A stretch of DNA of 64,000 nt, taken from the human T2T-CHM13v2.0 reference genome, Homo sapiens. Both the position numbers and the translations under genes were made by a program. The notes below the pieces were generated by a model. The model was not told the DNA's origin. It worked only from the letters and a program-made list of their open reading frames with translations, and did not search any database. The DNA lies in NCBI RefSeq assembly GCF_009914755.1, contig NC_060925.1, one strand, 5' to 3'. Below, in pieces: positions 43,331 through 57,132 of the stretch. Position 1 is the first letter of the stretch, and each line of letters starts with the position of its first letter.

Positions 43331-43552
43331 TCTCCTTAGGGAGATTGGAGTCTAGTAGGAAAAACTACTTACGAAGCAGCGCCTTTGTAATACTGTAATA
43401 CGGCAAGCTTTGGTCTATGTCTAGTAACAAGAAGCTCTGAATTACTTTGAACTTCGGATGCTTTTTGTTTTTTTTTCTTTCCACTCCTATATAAAGCTTA
43501 AGAGATGTGATTGCTGTTTTTGGCAAAAAAGGGGAATCTTTTCATATTTTAA

Positions 43553-43687
<135 letters not shown>

Positions 43688-43730
43688 TAGAAGAACTCTT
43701 AGCCCTGCGGAAACCAGTTTTTAGTTGGGG

Positions 43731-43944
43731 CAGGGGTTTTCAAAGTGTGGCATGCAGGCTAAGTCCGGCCTGCTGCCAGTTTCTGTAAATAAGATTTTAT
43801 TGGGATAGAGCCACACCTATTCATTTGTATCTTGTCTGTGGCTGCTTTTATGCTGTAACTACAAAGTTGAGTAGCTGTGACAGAGGCTATGGCCTAAAAT
43901 ATTTCTCTCTGGCCCTTTACAGAGAAAAGTTTGCTGATCGCTGA
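43731..43944. mobile_element. MER58A hAT MITE filling most of intron 17
   Basis: caggggttttcaaa...ggcctgctgcc...tctggccctttacagagaaaagtttgctga. Confidence 0.85.
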
Positions 43945-43991
43945 CTTAAGGTATCACTGTAAATTCTCATTTTTATTTGTATTGCCCTTAG

Positions 43992-44150
<159 letters not shown>

Positions 44151-47100
44151 TAATAGATGGATTTTTCCTATCTTTGAATGTATTACTCACCTACAGTTAG
44201 TAGACCTTCATGGTGGAATAGAAGCAAATATCGAATCATATATTTGGATCACTGAAGATTTCTACAGAGAGTTGCAGAGATGGTGGTGTAGCTAGGGCAA
44301 GGAAGGGTAAACAGACCATGCCTAGGGTGCTTCCGTATTCTGAACTTAGGTTTCTTTAAATTTATTGTAAAATGTAAAATTAATTTTTCTTGTACCAAGT
44401 AACATATTAGTTCTAGAAAATTTACAAAATTCTGGTAAGCAAAGGAAGAAAATAAAAATCACTTGTAATCCTACCACCCAAAGTTAAACACTTGAGATTT
44501 TGTTATAACCTTTAAGTGATGGGAGTTTTTATTTCTTTTTGCAAAATGAATATGCATGCATAGGTACATATACATACATTTTTTACAAAAATAGAACTAT
44601 ACTCTAGATGCTTTTATGGTAATATTTTTTTCTTAGCAGTGTACTGGGAACATATTTCCATTTTACTTGATATTTTTCTACCTCATTATTTAAAATAGCT
44701 GTTCTGGATTTTCTTGTGTGGCTATGTTAGTGTTACATGGTCCCCACTGTTCCATGTTTTGGTTTGTATACCTGTTTATGTTAGGATCTGGTCCATCTGT
44801 GGCAAAGTTCTGCAGTTCAAGGCTTAGGTCTGTGCACATTTGATGTGTAAAAAATGAGTATAATTATAGCTAATTCAAACACCAGCTTGTTTCTCATTTA
44901 TATGTTGGGCGCAGTCCTAGGCACATGAAGTATCTATCGTAGATGGTTCTTCTTAGAATTCAGTTTAAGGAAAGTTGAGATCTTTACCTCAAAAGAACTT
45001 GCATTTTAATCTGTTTAAGAGAATGATGGCAAAGGAAGATATTTTTCCCACAAAGCATGTTGAGAAAGTGGTAGGATGCTTTTGTGTCTCTTGCCAACTT
45101 TGTTAATGTTTTCCATGTTAGAATCTGAATTTAGCTCTGATAGAACTGCCAACTTTGCCTCTTCCACAGAAGAGTAATAAAATGCTCTGGAAGAAGGATA
45201 GGACACTATGAGATTAACCACATCCTTGTTTTATCAGCCTTACTGGTAGTAAGACTTAGATTTCTGAAATTGCTTATGGAAGCCTTAGGCTCAACAAAGC
45301 TGAAAGGAGTTCAGACACTGTGCCAACGCTCACACGACCCTCCTCTCAGTTCCTTAAAAACATTTCCAGTTTCTCATGTGGACCCAGGACAGAATGTTTC
45401 ATTTGGTTGTGGCAGATACAATCAAGTTCTACTTCTCAGCACATTACTTAAGAAACATTCCATAGATTTTTAATTTTTTTCCTATTGACCACATAGAGTG
45501 CTTAGCCCTGTCGTCTTCTTTGAACATTGAGACATGGGCGTTAAACACTATTCAGTTTTGAGTCATGGTCTATCTTCTACCTAGTAGGGGGTCCTTCATT
45601 AATAACTGTCAAAGAGTTCTGTTGAAGGCCAAAGGGGCATCATAGCCTCTATTGCCATGAAGTCATACTAGACAGTTCTTAATTAACACATGAAATGCTG
45701 TGTTTTTATCTTTTCCCTGATCTATCCAGAGGAGGCAGCCCTCTCACTTAGGAAAGGGGCTCCTTATTTGTAAGACCGTTCCCATTTAAGGTTTTTTTGG
45801 CATTGTATTTTGTGCTAGGCATTCTTTTGGTCTGTACTCACTTTTAGCGTTTGTTTACTAGCTTTCATTTCTGTATGTCATGCTGAGCTGCCAAGAGGTT
45901 TTGCCCCTGGAGGCACTGTCAAAGTGAGGGAAATCTTCATAGCAATTGCAGGAGTTTAACAATTCATCATAGAAGAATTTCCTCATTCTTAATGTAACCA
46001 CGAGGGCTTCTTATAAGCCACTGACCTCTCTGTCAGGGAGACTGTCTGCCTTCAAGGTGACTTCCGTTGCCATTGAGGGAATTAATAACCAAAACAGGTA
46101 TCCTCTAATAACTCTTGGGAGTCGCCAGCTCTGTAGCAATTCCTTAGGATGCGCTGAGTGAAATGGAGCATGAAGAGCAGGAATATTATGAGGCAAATAA
46201 GAGTCAAGGGATTTTTTATCTTTTATAAGAGAATGATCTCTTTCGGTTATTGCAAATGAAGAAGTCTGCACCCAGATTCCTGTCTGATATATTATTGAAA
46301 CTAGTGGGAAGAGTATAGCCTCTGATCTTCCAAGGCTCTCTAATCTCACATTTGGGGAGGAATGGGATTTTTTTGAAAAACAATTTTCCTAATTTAGTTC
46401 AGACTGACCTGTGGTAAGTAAATTATTTTTGATAATAAAAATTTCCAGATACCATGTAATTTACATGGAGGATCTTTATTAAATGGTACCCTAATGGAGG
46501 CCAGGCCTCCTATGGAGTGGAAGGATTGGTGCTCTGGATAGGATGGCTGTGGAATGACCCGGGAGCTTGAGAATATTCTTGATACTTTCTGGGAAAGTTT
46601 TCTGTTCTTTGATTTGGCCTTGATCCCTTCCTTCACCATTTGAGCTCACATTCTTCCTTGGCTTTCTCTGCAGCAGTTTACTCCCTTTGATAACCTACAC
46701 AACCGTGAGGCCCCTGTGAGGCAGAAGCAACTCTAGAGTGGGAAGAAGTAGTTTTTCTCATTAGCTTTGTACACGTACAGATACAAGGAGTAGCCAGATG
46801 GACATGACAATTGCTTGGTCAGTTTGCTTGGTAGCTTTCTATGTAAGCTTCCACAGTGTGCCTGGGTCTGGTCTTCCTTAGTATGTGAAAACTGTGTAGC
46901 ACCTTGTTTGTGTATCATGGAGAACTCCCTATTGAATAACTACATGAATAGTGAGATGGGCCTCAGCATGCCATTGTGTATTTCTGAAATAACTGCTTTT
47001 AACTGTACTGTTTCATTTTAAGTATTGCTTTCATGAGTCAAATTCATCAGGTTTGGAACATAGCTATCAGGTGGGATAGTTTTTAGACATCACAACCTCC

Positions 47101-47502
47101 AACACTTCAGTGAATTCTTTACTGCTGTTTGTAGCCTCTTTTGCCTCTGTCCATAATCATATATTTTTTGCTCCCTTCCCACCCCATAAGTCTGGTACAT
47201 TGTGGTATTTTTCTGTGAACACACCAGTTCCTTTTTTCAAGAGTGTTTGGAACACACCGCCCTGTTTTTACACAGCAAAACTCCATCCCCCAGGTAGGAG
47301 TTGTCTGATTGTGTGGCTAATAGAACAAATGGTATTTACAGGTATCAAGTGATGGGACTGTGAACATCAGAGGGACTTTTTCTTTTTTTTTACTATCTCG
47401 TTCAGGTTTTTCAACATATGAGAGTCCTTGTATTATTATTCCAGTTACCACTTTGGCCCTAAATCTTGGAGTTCTCCCCAATTCCTTCCTCCTCTCCTTC
47501 TT

Positions 47503-48311
47503 CTTTCTTCTTTCTTCTTTCTTTTTTTCTTTCTTCTTTCTTCTTGTTCTTCTTCTTTCTTTTTTTTTCTTCTTCTATTATTATTATTTTTATACTTTAA
47601 GTTCTGGGATACACATGCAGAATGTGCAGGTTTGTTACACAGGTATACACATGCTATGGTGGTTTGCTGCACCATCACCCCATCATCTATATTAGGTATT
47701 TCTCCTAATGCTATCCCTTCCCTAGCTTCCCAACCCCCCGACAGGCCCTGGTATGTGATGTTCCCCTCCCTGTGTCCATGTGTTCTCATTGTTCAACTCC
47801 CACTTATGAGTGAGAACATGCAGTGTTTCGTTTTCTGTTCCTGTGTTAGTTTGTTGAGTGTGATGGTTTCCAGCTTCATCCATGTCCCTGCAAAGGACAT
47901 GAACTCATCCTTTTTTATGGCTTCATAGTATTCCATGGTGTATATGTGCCACATTTTCTTTATCCAGTCTATCATTGATGGGTATTTGGGTTGGTTTCAA
48001 GTCTTTGCTACTGTGAACAGTGCCGCAATAAACATACGTGTATGTATCTTTATAGTAGAATGATTTATAATCCTTTGGGTATATACCCAGTAATGGGGAT
48101 TACTGGGTCAAATGGTATTTCTGGTTCTAGATCCTTGAGGAATCGCTGCACTGCCTTCCACAATGGTAGAACTAATTTACACTCCCATCAGCAGTGTAAA
48201 AGCATTCCTATTTCTCCACATCCTCTCCAGCATCTGTTGTTTCCTGACTTTTTATCGCCATTCTAACTGGCGTGATATGGTATCTCATTGTGCTTTTGAT
48301 TTGCATTTCTC
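47503..48311 (-). mobile_element. 5'-truncated L1PA 3' end with (CTT)-type degenerate tail
   Basis: ttatactttaagttctgggatac...; ORF2 C-terminus in minus ORF 47793..47975 (WIKKMWHIYTMEYY); perfect 15-bp TSD cctcctctccttctt (47488-47502 / 48312-48326). Confidence 0.93.
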
Positions 48312-49156
48312 CCTCCTCTCCTTCTTAGTTATTGTCTATTAATACCTTTATATTTGTCCTTTCCTTTCCTCCTGTTACCACTACTGAGTCCAGGCCTCCA
48401 TCAAGGACTATTAAAATATTCTCCCCATTTTGTGATTCCCTTAAAAATGTGACTTTGAATGTTAATCTGCAGCTTTAGAACTTTGAATAATGTCTCCCCC
48501 TTCTGCCCATGCAATTGCCTGGAAGGTCAAATTTAAACTCCACCGCATGGGTTTTTGGCCCTCTGTGTCTTGGCCTCTACCACCCTGGACAAACATTACT
48601 CCAGCAAAATCAGTCTTTGTGTAGCATTAATTCATCCAGCTAATATTTACTAAAATGTCGCTTTGTGCCATTCATTTGACTGAACTTAGAGGATCTAACT
48701 AGTAAGAGAGATGTACCCCTACCCTCTGAGAGCCTACAGCTCAGTGATACATGCAGAAATGTATAGAGGTGATTGTCACCCAGCGCAGCAAGTGCTGTGA
48801 GAGGGGAAGTGCAGGACGCTAGGAGAAGCCTGAGGGAGATTCTGACCCCAAACTAGAGATGGTCAGGGAAAGCTTCCCAGGGGAAGTGATAGGTCAGGTG
48901 AGACTTGAGAGAAATAAAGGAGGTGGCCAGGCCAAGGTTTGGGGGTAGAGTGCAGTGCTGGTGGTCCCTGCCAGGGGAGAGATATTTGCATGTAGCCAGA
49001 GTCTGGCATGGTCATAGGTACTGCATAAATGTATGTCAGATGAACAAATGCGAAGGCCTGGTGGTAAAGAGTTGATGGGGAGGGGAGCATAAGGAACAGA
49101 AGTGTTCTGGATGGCTGAAGCTTGTCGGGAATGGCAGAAGAGAAAGCCAGATCAGG

Positions 49157-49513
49157 TGTACTAGTCCATTCTCATGCTGCTGATAAAGACATACCCGAGA
49201 CTGGGTAATTTATGAAGAAAAGGAGGTTTAATGGACTCACGGTTCCACGTGGCTGGGGAGGTCTCACAATCATAATGGAAGGTGAAAAGCACGTCTTACA
49301 TGACAGCAGATAAGAGAGGGAACTTGTGCAGGGAAACCCCTTTATAAAACCATTAGATCTTGTGAGACTTACTCACTATCACAAGAACAGCACAGGAAAG
49401 ACCCGTCTCCATGATTCAGTTACCTCCCACTGGGTCCCTCCCACGACGTGTGGGAATTGTGGGAGCTACAATTCAAGATGAGATTTGGGTGGGGTCACAG
49501 CCAAACCATCTCA
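49157..49513 (-). mobile_element. THE1-type MaLR solo LTR
   Basis: tgtactagtccattctc...ccaaaccatctca; perfect TSD tcagg. Confidence 0.92.
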
Positions 49514-50095
49514 TCAGGGCATTGGATGGCATGGTAAGGAATCAGTACCATGTCGTGAAAGCAATAGGAAACTTACACAGAGATTTTTTTCACAGGGAGC
49601 AGTTGGATCAGATTTGCATTTTGGAAGCATCCTTTTGGCTACAGTGTGGAAGATGAATCAGAGACCAGAATGATTCTGGGCTGTGGAGACTACTTAGTTC
49701 TTGGGCTGTGAAAATGGAAGCAGGGTGGAGAGAAAAAGTTTTGAGGTGTAATCATTAGGATGAGGTGATTGATTGAATTTGAGTAGTGAATGGAGATTCA
49801 AAGGTGATACTTAGGTTTCCGGTTTGGCAGCTGGTACCTCCAGTTGAGGTGGAGAAAACAATAAAGTAATGCAATTTATCAGGTGTGCCATGATCATTGC
49901 GCTTTTGTTCCTTTGCTGAATCTGCCCCTTCTCATCATTCAGCTTCTTTGAAACTTTTCTTTGCCACCTTAGCTTACGATAACCATTCCTTCCTCAAAAT
50001 TCCTATGTACTTAGTCTGTATTATGTACTCATTCAGCCCTTGACATATACTCCCTTTCTTTCTTTACATATTTTCTACCTCTCTTATGACATGGC

Positions 50096-50417
50096 TGTCT
50101 TACTCTGTTTTCTTTGGCTCTAACGGAATACCAAAGACTGGATAATTTATAAAGAAGTTTATTTAGCTCACAATTCTGGCAGCTGGAAAGTCCAAGAGTA
50201 TGGCCTTGGCCCCTGGTGAGGGCCTTCTTGCTGTGTCATAACATGGCAGAGGGCATCTCATGTCAAGAGGGCAAGAGCAAGAGAGCCAGAGAGATAGCAA
50301 ACCTGCTTCCATGGTAGCAACATTAATCCAGCCGTCATAAATTCGTTAATCCATTCATGGGGGCAGAGGGATTAGGTTTCCAACACAACTTTTGGAGGAC
50401 ACCTTCAAACCATAACA
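50096..50417 (-). mobile_element. MST-type MaLR solo LTR (internally shortened)
   Basis: tgtctt...ttatttagctcacaattctgg...caaaccataaca; perfect TSD atggc. Confidence 0.85.
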
Positions 50418-50771
50418 ATGGCAGAGTCCTTGAGAGCATAGTCTGTGTCGTACACCTCCTAGTGTGCCCACCTTTGATGTCTGACTTAGCTTCATTATGG
50501 CCTCCCTGCATCTGTTTTTGGGTACTGGTGATCCTTGTTGAGAGCTTTGAAGGCTCATTGGGTTTGGAGTATAGCTTCTCTTACTGTCCTGGAAATTTTG
50601 TGTTGAGTTGTTATTTTTAGAAAAGAGGGAAAGGAAAGAATGGAATTTTACTCTGTCTCTACACTAACAGTTCAAACCCTAAAAGATTTCTCATTTTTCC
50701 CTCTCCTTCCCTCAAACATTCATTGAGATCTTATTTTATGCTGGACAGTCTACTAGGGGCTGGAAAAGTAA

Positions 50772-51062
<291 letters not shown>

Positions 51063-51066
51063 TAGA

Positions 51067-51313
51067 CCACTGATTCTCAACCTGGGGAGGTCCCTCTTGC
51101 TGTCCCCCAGCTGCCCCCCCCCCCCCCCCCCCCACCATAGCACATTTGACAGTGTTCAGAGACATTTTTGATTGTCGTAACTGTGCCTGGGAGGTATTAC
51201 TGGCATCCTATGGCCAGGGGTGCTGCTAAACATCCTGCAGTGCCCAGGACAGCCCCAAACCACAAAGAATATTCCTTCCCAAGTGTTAGTAGCGCCGAGG
51301 CTGCGAATCCTGT
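51067..51313. mobile_element. MER20 hAT MITE containing a C20 run
   Basis: cactgattctcaacctgggg...gacatttttgattgtc...tgctgctaaacatcct...gccgagg. Confidence 0.85.
51114..51133 (+). repeat. C20 homopolymer (G20 on the template strand)
   Basis: 20 consecutive C. Confidence 0.95.
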
Positions 51314-52167
51314 CCTGGACCAAGTTGCTGGTCAGTTGGTCAGCAAGTCAGTTTCATAGTTGGAATTTTAGGCTTTAAGCAAGATCAGTAATCTCTTGGC
51401 TTCAGTTTCCTCATGTGTGAGTCTGGAGAATCTCAGAGTTTTGTTTTGTTTTGTTTTTTTTTGGCTCTGGAGTTTAACATTTAACTCTTTCACCTTTTGA
51501 GATTCACATATTTCAGTTTGTGGAGCTAGTTGGCCAATCCAAGGATCATTGAACTGGGGACCTTGGAGGAGTGGGGCTTGTCATTGAAGGGCGGATAAGT
51601 CAATGGAGGCTTCATGGATTTGAACTTCATTTAAGGGCCTCATCCAGTGTCATTTCTCCCCAGCCCTACAGCATTACAGTGAGAAAACTTACTGATTTCT
51701 CCACAGGCATTTATTAATGTATAATCTGGTAAAACACGAAGATACAAAATGGATTTTATGCATTTGAACTTATTAGTCCTTCTCTGTTAGCACATTTTAC
51801 TGAGGTATATTTTAAAGCATTTTTTAATTGGCATATAAAATTGTATGTATTTACTGCATACAACATTCTGTTTTGGAAGTGTATGAGGTATTTACTTTGT
51901 TTGTATCAATAAAGCCAGCTAAGCACTTTATCTCAATCCTCAAAATAAACATATGAGATACTATTGTAATATTCTAATTGAGGAAACTGAGGCTTATTGA
52001 ATTGCCTAAATTAGTGATAGGAAGCCAGATTGAGTCCATGCACTCTGCTTCTGGAACCTGTGCTGTTAGGCATTTTCATGATGGCTCTGTGGAGGTAAGG
52101 CAGTTTTTTAGGTGATTTTTTTTTTCTTTCTTTCTTTTTCTTTTTTTTTTTTTTTTGTCTTTTTTAG

Positions 52168-52527
<360 letters not shown>

Positions 52528-53278
52528 TAGCATCATAATCTATCATAATCCTTATGTTCTAATTTTTGTATCACCTCTTACCCCCAGTGCCTATCTCTCC
52601 CCTCCAAAAGTAAAGTAAAACCCAAGATAAATGTAGAGTTACTAACATTAAGACTTGATTTGACCAGGCACTGTTCATCTGTAAGGATGCATATTTTGAG
52701 ACAAATGTTACTGTTTTAAATGACGGTACATTAAGTGGTTTGTTTAAAGTAAAACCAGAACTCTTACTTTGATTTACAGCAGCTGCTAACCACATCAGTT
52801 AACACATACTTGTTGAGCATGTAGGTTAGTGGCTGTGCGGCATTTGAGAAACTAAAAGGCCTTCATCTTGCCTTAATGTAAGACTGGATTTTAAGTGAGT
52901 TTTAAAGCTGGGGATTGAGAAGAGAAGGCTGGGAATGAGCTCATGGTGGAGAAGCTTTGGTCCTGAAGGATACATAGAACTCTTGGATAAAAGATAGAGG
53001 GCCTCCTAGACAGAGGAAAAAAAAACAAGCCAAAGTTCAGAAGACAGAAATTGCAACATTTGATTTCCAGCCTTGTTTTCCTTCTGCTGTACCTTATTAT
53101 TCACTGGCTTTCCCTCTGGGGAGCTTATCCTTTGTTCTGCCTACTGTCAAAAGACTCCAGTGTAGCTGTCCTGAAGTCAAAGCATGCATTCCTAATGTGT
53201 GCCCAAATTTCACAAGTGGCCATCAGCAGTTGTTCCTGTGGTTTGGGAAAGATACCTGATCTATGCTTTTTTTCTCAG

Positions 53279-53386
53279 GTTATAAAGTCAGCCCGGGTTA
53301 TGAAGAAGGCTGTTGGCCACCTTATCCCTTTCATGGAAAAAGAAAGAGAAGAAACCAGAGTGCTTAACGGCACAGTAGAAGAAGAG
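53279..53386 (+). CDS. MTR: MTR exon 21 (108 nt), [36 protein letters not shown]; GC donor
   Basis: tttctcag|GTTATA ... GAAGAG|gcaagt; this GC donor restores the remembered EEE/DPYQ junction. Confidence 0.95.
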
Positions 53387-54475
53387 GCAAGTCATTTTGT
53401 TCAGGCCTATGGGCCTTTAGTGGGTTGACCTGGAAGACTTGAGGTGGTGGTAGGGGCCTAAGCAGTCAGGGTTGGCTGTGTTCGTTATTGAGGATAAAAT
53501 AGAGAAATGATCCCACATCTCTCCCTTTTTTAACCGAGTATCAGAATACTCTGGGACTTTCTTTTGAATGTAGCTTTATAACATTTTTAATATAGATACA
53601 ATTTTTCAATCAAAACCCATGTTTTCAAGACAAAGCCAGTTCATTCATTTGTGCCTTCATTACCTGATCATTTACGAAGCTGCTGTGATGTGCCAAGTAC
53701 TGTGCCAGGCACTGCTCACTCAAAGGTCTGTCCCCGCCCTTGAGGTCATTGAGTCATGCTTGTTTTTAGAAAACTCTTAACTGAATAGTCTTTCTGCTGG
53801 TGATGTCCTTGGCACCACTTCTGGATTCAATTTAATTCTTGTTGGCTGCACCACCAGAGTAAATCATTAAGCTTTTTGACCTTGTTTAGCTCCCTGTGAA
53901 GCTCAGACAGCTTTGGCCCCTAGGATTCTGAATTTTTAAATTGATCTGTTTGTGAATGGCTCAGACAAACACAGAGTTTATAAAAATCCTTCTTGTTTTG
54001 CTTTTTTTCTTTTTTTGGGGCAGTAGTGGGGGATGCTAACTGTGCATAGAACAACAGTGCTGAGGAAAGATACTCACGTGCCCTCTGTCTGGGCTGTTGT
54101 GGTTTTTCAGATTCAGATGGGACATACACATACAGTTAACCTGTTCCTTCCCCTCTCCCCTGCCTCTCCCTTAATGGCTAACCGTAAACATTTGTCAAAT
54201 AAGTTCCCCCGCACCCAGAGTTAAGGATGTGGTCTTCAGCTGTGGTGCTGTTTTGTGTGTGAACATCAACTATTCTTTGAAAGGATGGGACCTCCTGATC
54301 TTGGCTGAAGCCCCTTGGGCTAGCCCATTAGGTGGGCCTCCTTTGAACTGTTTGGGCTTCGGTTTCCAGGTCTGTCTTTGAGGTGCTCTTGGTTGTATTG
54401 AATTGCTTTCTGTGCTGGCCCCTGCCTGGCTCTGGAGAACTAGGTGTTCCACCCTAAACAACCCTGCCTTGCTGA

Positions 54476-54598
<123 letters not shown>

Positions 54599-57132
54599 TA
54601 AGTTAGGACCTCACCTCTTTCAACCCCTTTTCCATTTAAAAATGAAAGCCTTTTAACAGAATAATTCTTCAATGGGTGGGAAGAGTAGGGCATGGCAGTG
54701 GATGTTAGAGGTTATTTTTTATTTCTTTTTGCTTGCTGTGTTTTTGAATTTTCTACGTGAACACAGCATTTCAAATGAAATAAGTTAGTAATTATCCGTG
54801 TTCAAAAAGGACATAAAGAATAGTAAAAGCTATTCAAGTGGGGTGGAAACCGTCCAGAGGATTCCTGGGGTTGGATGTTGGGACAGAGGTGCTAATAGCC
54901 GGAATATCAGGCTCCTTCCCATGGCCAGTGGTGTTCATCATATCCTCTTTTTCCTTTCAATAAACTTAGATTTTAGAACCGAGATCTTATGAGACCTTGG
55001 CTAAACAGTTTTACAGGAAGGCCTTCTCTGTACAAGTCTCAGTTGGCTTTGCTTAGAGCCAGGACCCTGTGTTCTTGGTGATTAAGCTAGATTTTGGAAT
55101 GTTGTATACAAGTAAAACCCCTTTCTATCTTATTATAATTAATAAATATTCATAACAAAATCATTTGCATGTGAGAGCTGATGACCTGTAGTAAGTATGT
55201 GTTTCGCTTAGATTTGAACATATTCTTTGTAATGAAAAGCCTGATGGAAATAATGCTTTCCCATATCCATGTCCAGCCAACAGTCCTTTTGAGTCATAGA
55301 CTTCTTTCCAATGTGCCATTTTCTCTAGATAGAGAAGAAAATTGACTGGAGCTATCCCTGTACTCCTCAGTTCTCTTCTTTGCTGTCAAGTAACAATTAC
55401 CTGCTAAGCTGTGTCCCTGCTGTCAACATTTTTATCCATCTCTGCCTTCAAGGCTCATTAAATGCGGCTAAGAACCTTTCAGGAAGGCTGGAGACAGAGA
55501 AGCAGTGTCAGGAAGGCATTTTTTTTTCCCTCTGACTGTCTTCACAAGCATTTCTATTTACCTGCTCACTTACTGTCTAAAGACTTAGCGTTCTCTCCTA
55601 GTCCTAGAAACGAGGAATACTATTTCTATCCATGTACTTACTATTTTTTAAAGAGATAAATTTATTGAAGATAGATAGTTGTAATGAAATTTTACCTATA
55701 TAATAAATATTTGGATAAGGTGTTCGCTTCCTAAAGTCTACAAAGCATTTCTGCTATAGGCTTACCTTTGCAAACCTGAGGTTGTTGGTTCCTGTTTGCA
55801 TTCATCACAGTCAGTTAAAATTCACTTCAGTTAATGTTTATAGATCATCTTCTACTTACCAGGCATTATACTAGAGACACCAAAATGATTTAGTTGACTT
55901 TTCTCCTTGAAAAAGTTTACTGTTTCTCAGGCTAAATAGCCAGGTACATGTTCAGCCTTAATGGGACAAGAACCATTGAAGAAAGTGACTTGTAGGTAAA
56001 CTTCCTAAAAGTGATTCTTGAGGTATCATTGTCATGTGCTTTATCATCATTTATTTTGATCAGTGGATTCTTAGCTGAGAGTATTATACTAGCAATGTTT
56101 ATTTCTCCAGTAAAGACATTTTAAGAAGCCAGGGAACATTGTGGCATTTCTCCAGGGTGCTACTGGAACTGAATGTCAGCAGTTGTGAAGACTGCGTATT
56201 AAGCCTGAGGCTTTCCTGCAACAAACCCAGTTGCTATGTGTTGGGCACTGAGGGTTTGCGTATCTTTGCTAATAAGTCTAACTGGAGAAACACTTTCTGA
56301 TGAAACGTTACTTTCATTTTACAAAAACAAGTGAATGTGCAAACTTCATGTCAAACACTCCTTTGGCTTGTGTGTGATAACACATAGACTCTTCCATTGG
56401 TGAGTTTAATTTTATGGTGTCAGCTAGTAGACAAGTGTCCCTGGAGATTGTCTTATGGAATAATGTGTACTTTTACTGTCAGTACCAGGCTAGTATGCTT
56501 GAAGGAATTACCTAGCCTAGTGAGTGAGTCTAGCAACCTATCCTGTATCTAATCCTTTTCTTTCCTGGCTTTTTATCATTGTTGCAGTGAATCTCAAAAA
56601 TGATAACAATGTTTTTTCTTTGTGGGGATAAAAGAAATAAAGAGGGCTAAAACTGACAGTTCTGTTTAGAGAGAAAATGTATTTTTTAAATGGGGAAGAT
56701 ATGATGCAATAGAATTGCAAATTTGAGGATTTGAATAGAACTAAGGATGTATTCACCAAGAATCTAGTATTACCTACCATTTGTTTACCACTTCCCAATT
56801 TATACAGTTCTTTAGTATCACTGATTTTTTTTTCTTTGTCACCTTTTTGTTGTTGTCATTTTGGTTCCTTTCCTTTCTTTTCTTTCATCCTTCCTTTTCA
56901 TGGTTTTGATCCTACTACCCTGCCTGTTATTGTATTTCTCCTTTTATAGATGAGAAAACTTAGGCTTAGAGAACTTGAGAGATTTCATCATAGTCACATG
57001 GCTAGCAAGTGTCATGGGCAAGCACATTCAGGGCTTTTGGTTCTAAAAGCTGGGACTTCGTAATATGTCACCTTACTTTACAATATTTTTTTTGACTTGA
57101 GTTGTAAACAAGTATAATGTCTAATATTGACA

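Noticed and set aside
43938-43950. MER58A end (cgctgac) as the exon 18 branch point
   Set aside because: A better placed ctcat motif lies ~23 nt from the acceptor, and an AG follows the MER58A motif closely
47360-48266. Cluster of ORFs up to 166 aa, hydrophobic and F/S/L-rich
   Set aside because: Low-complexity CTT tail and L1PA 3' end; not a membrane protein
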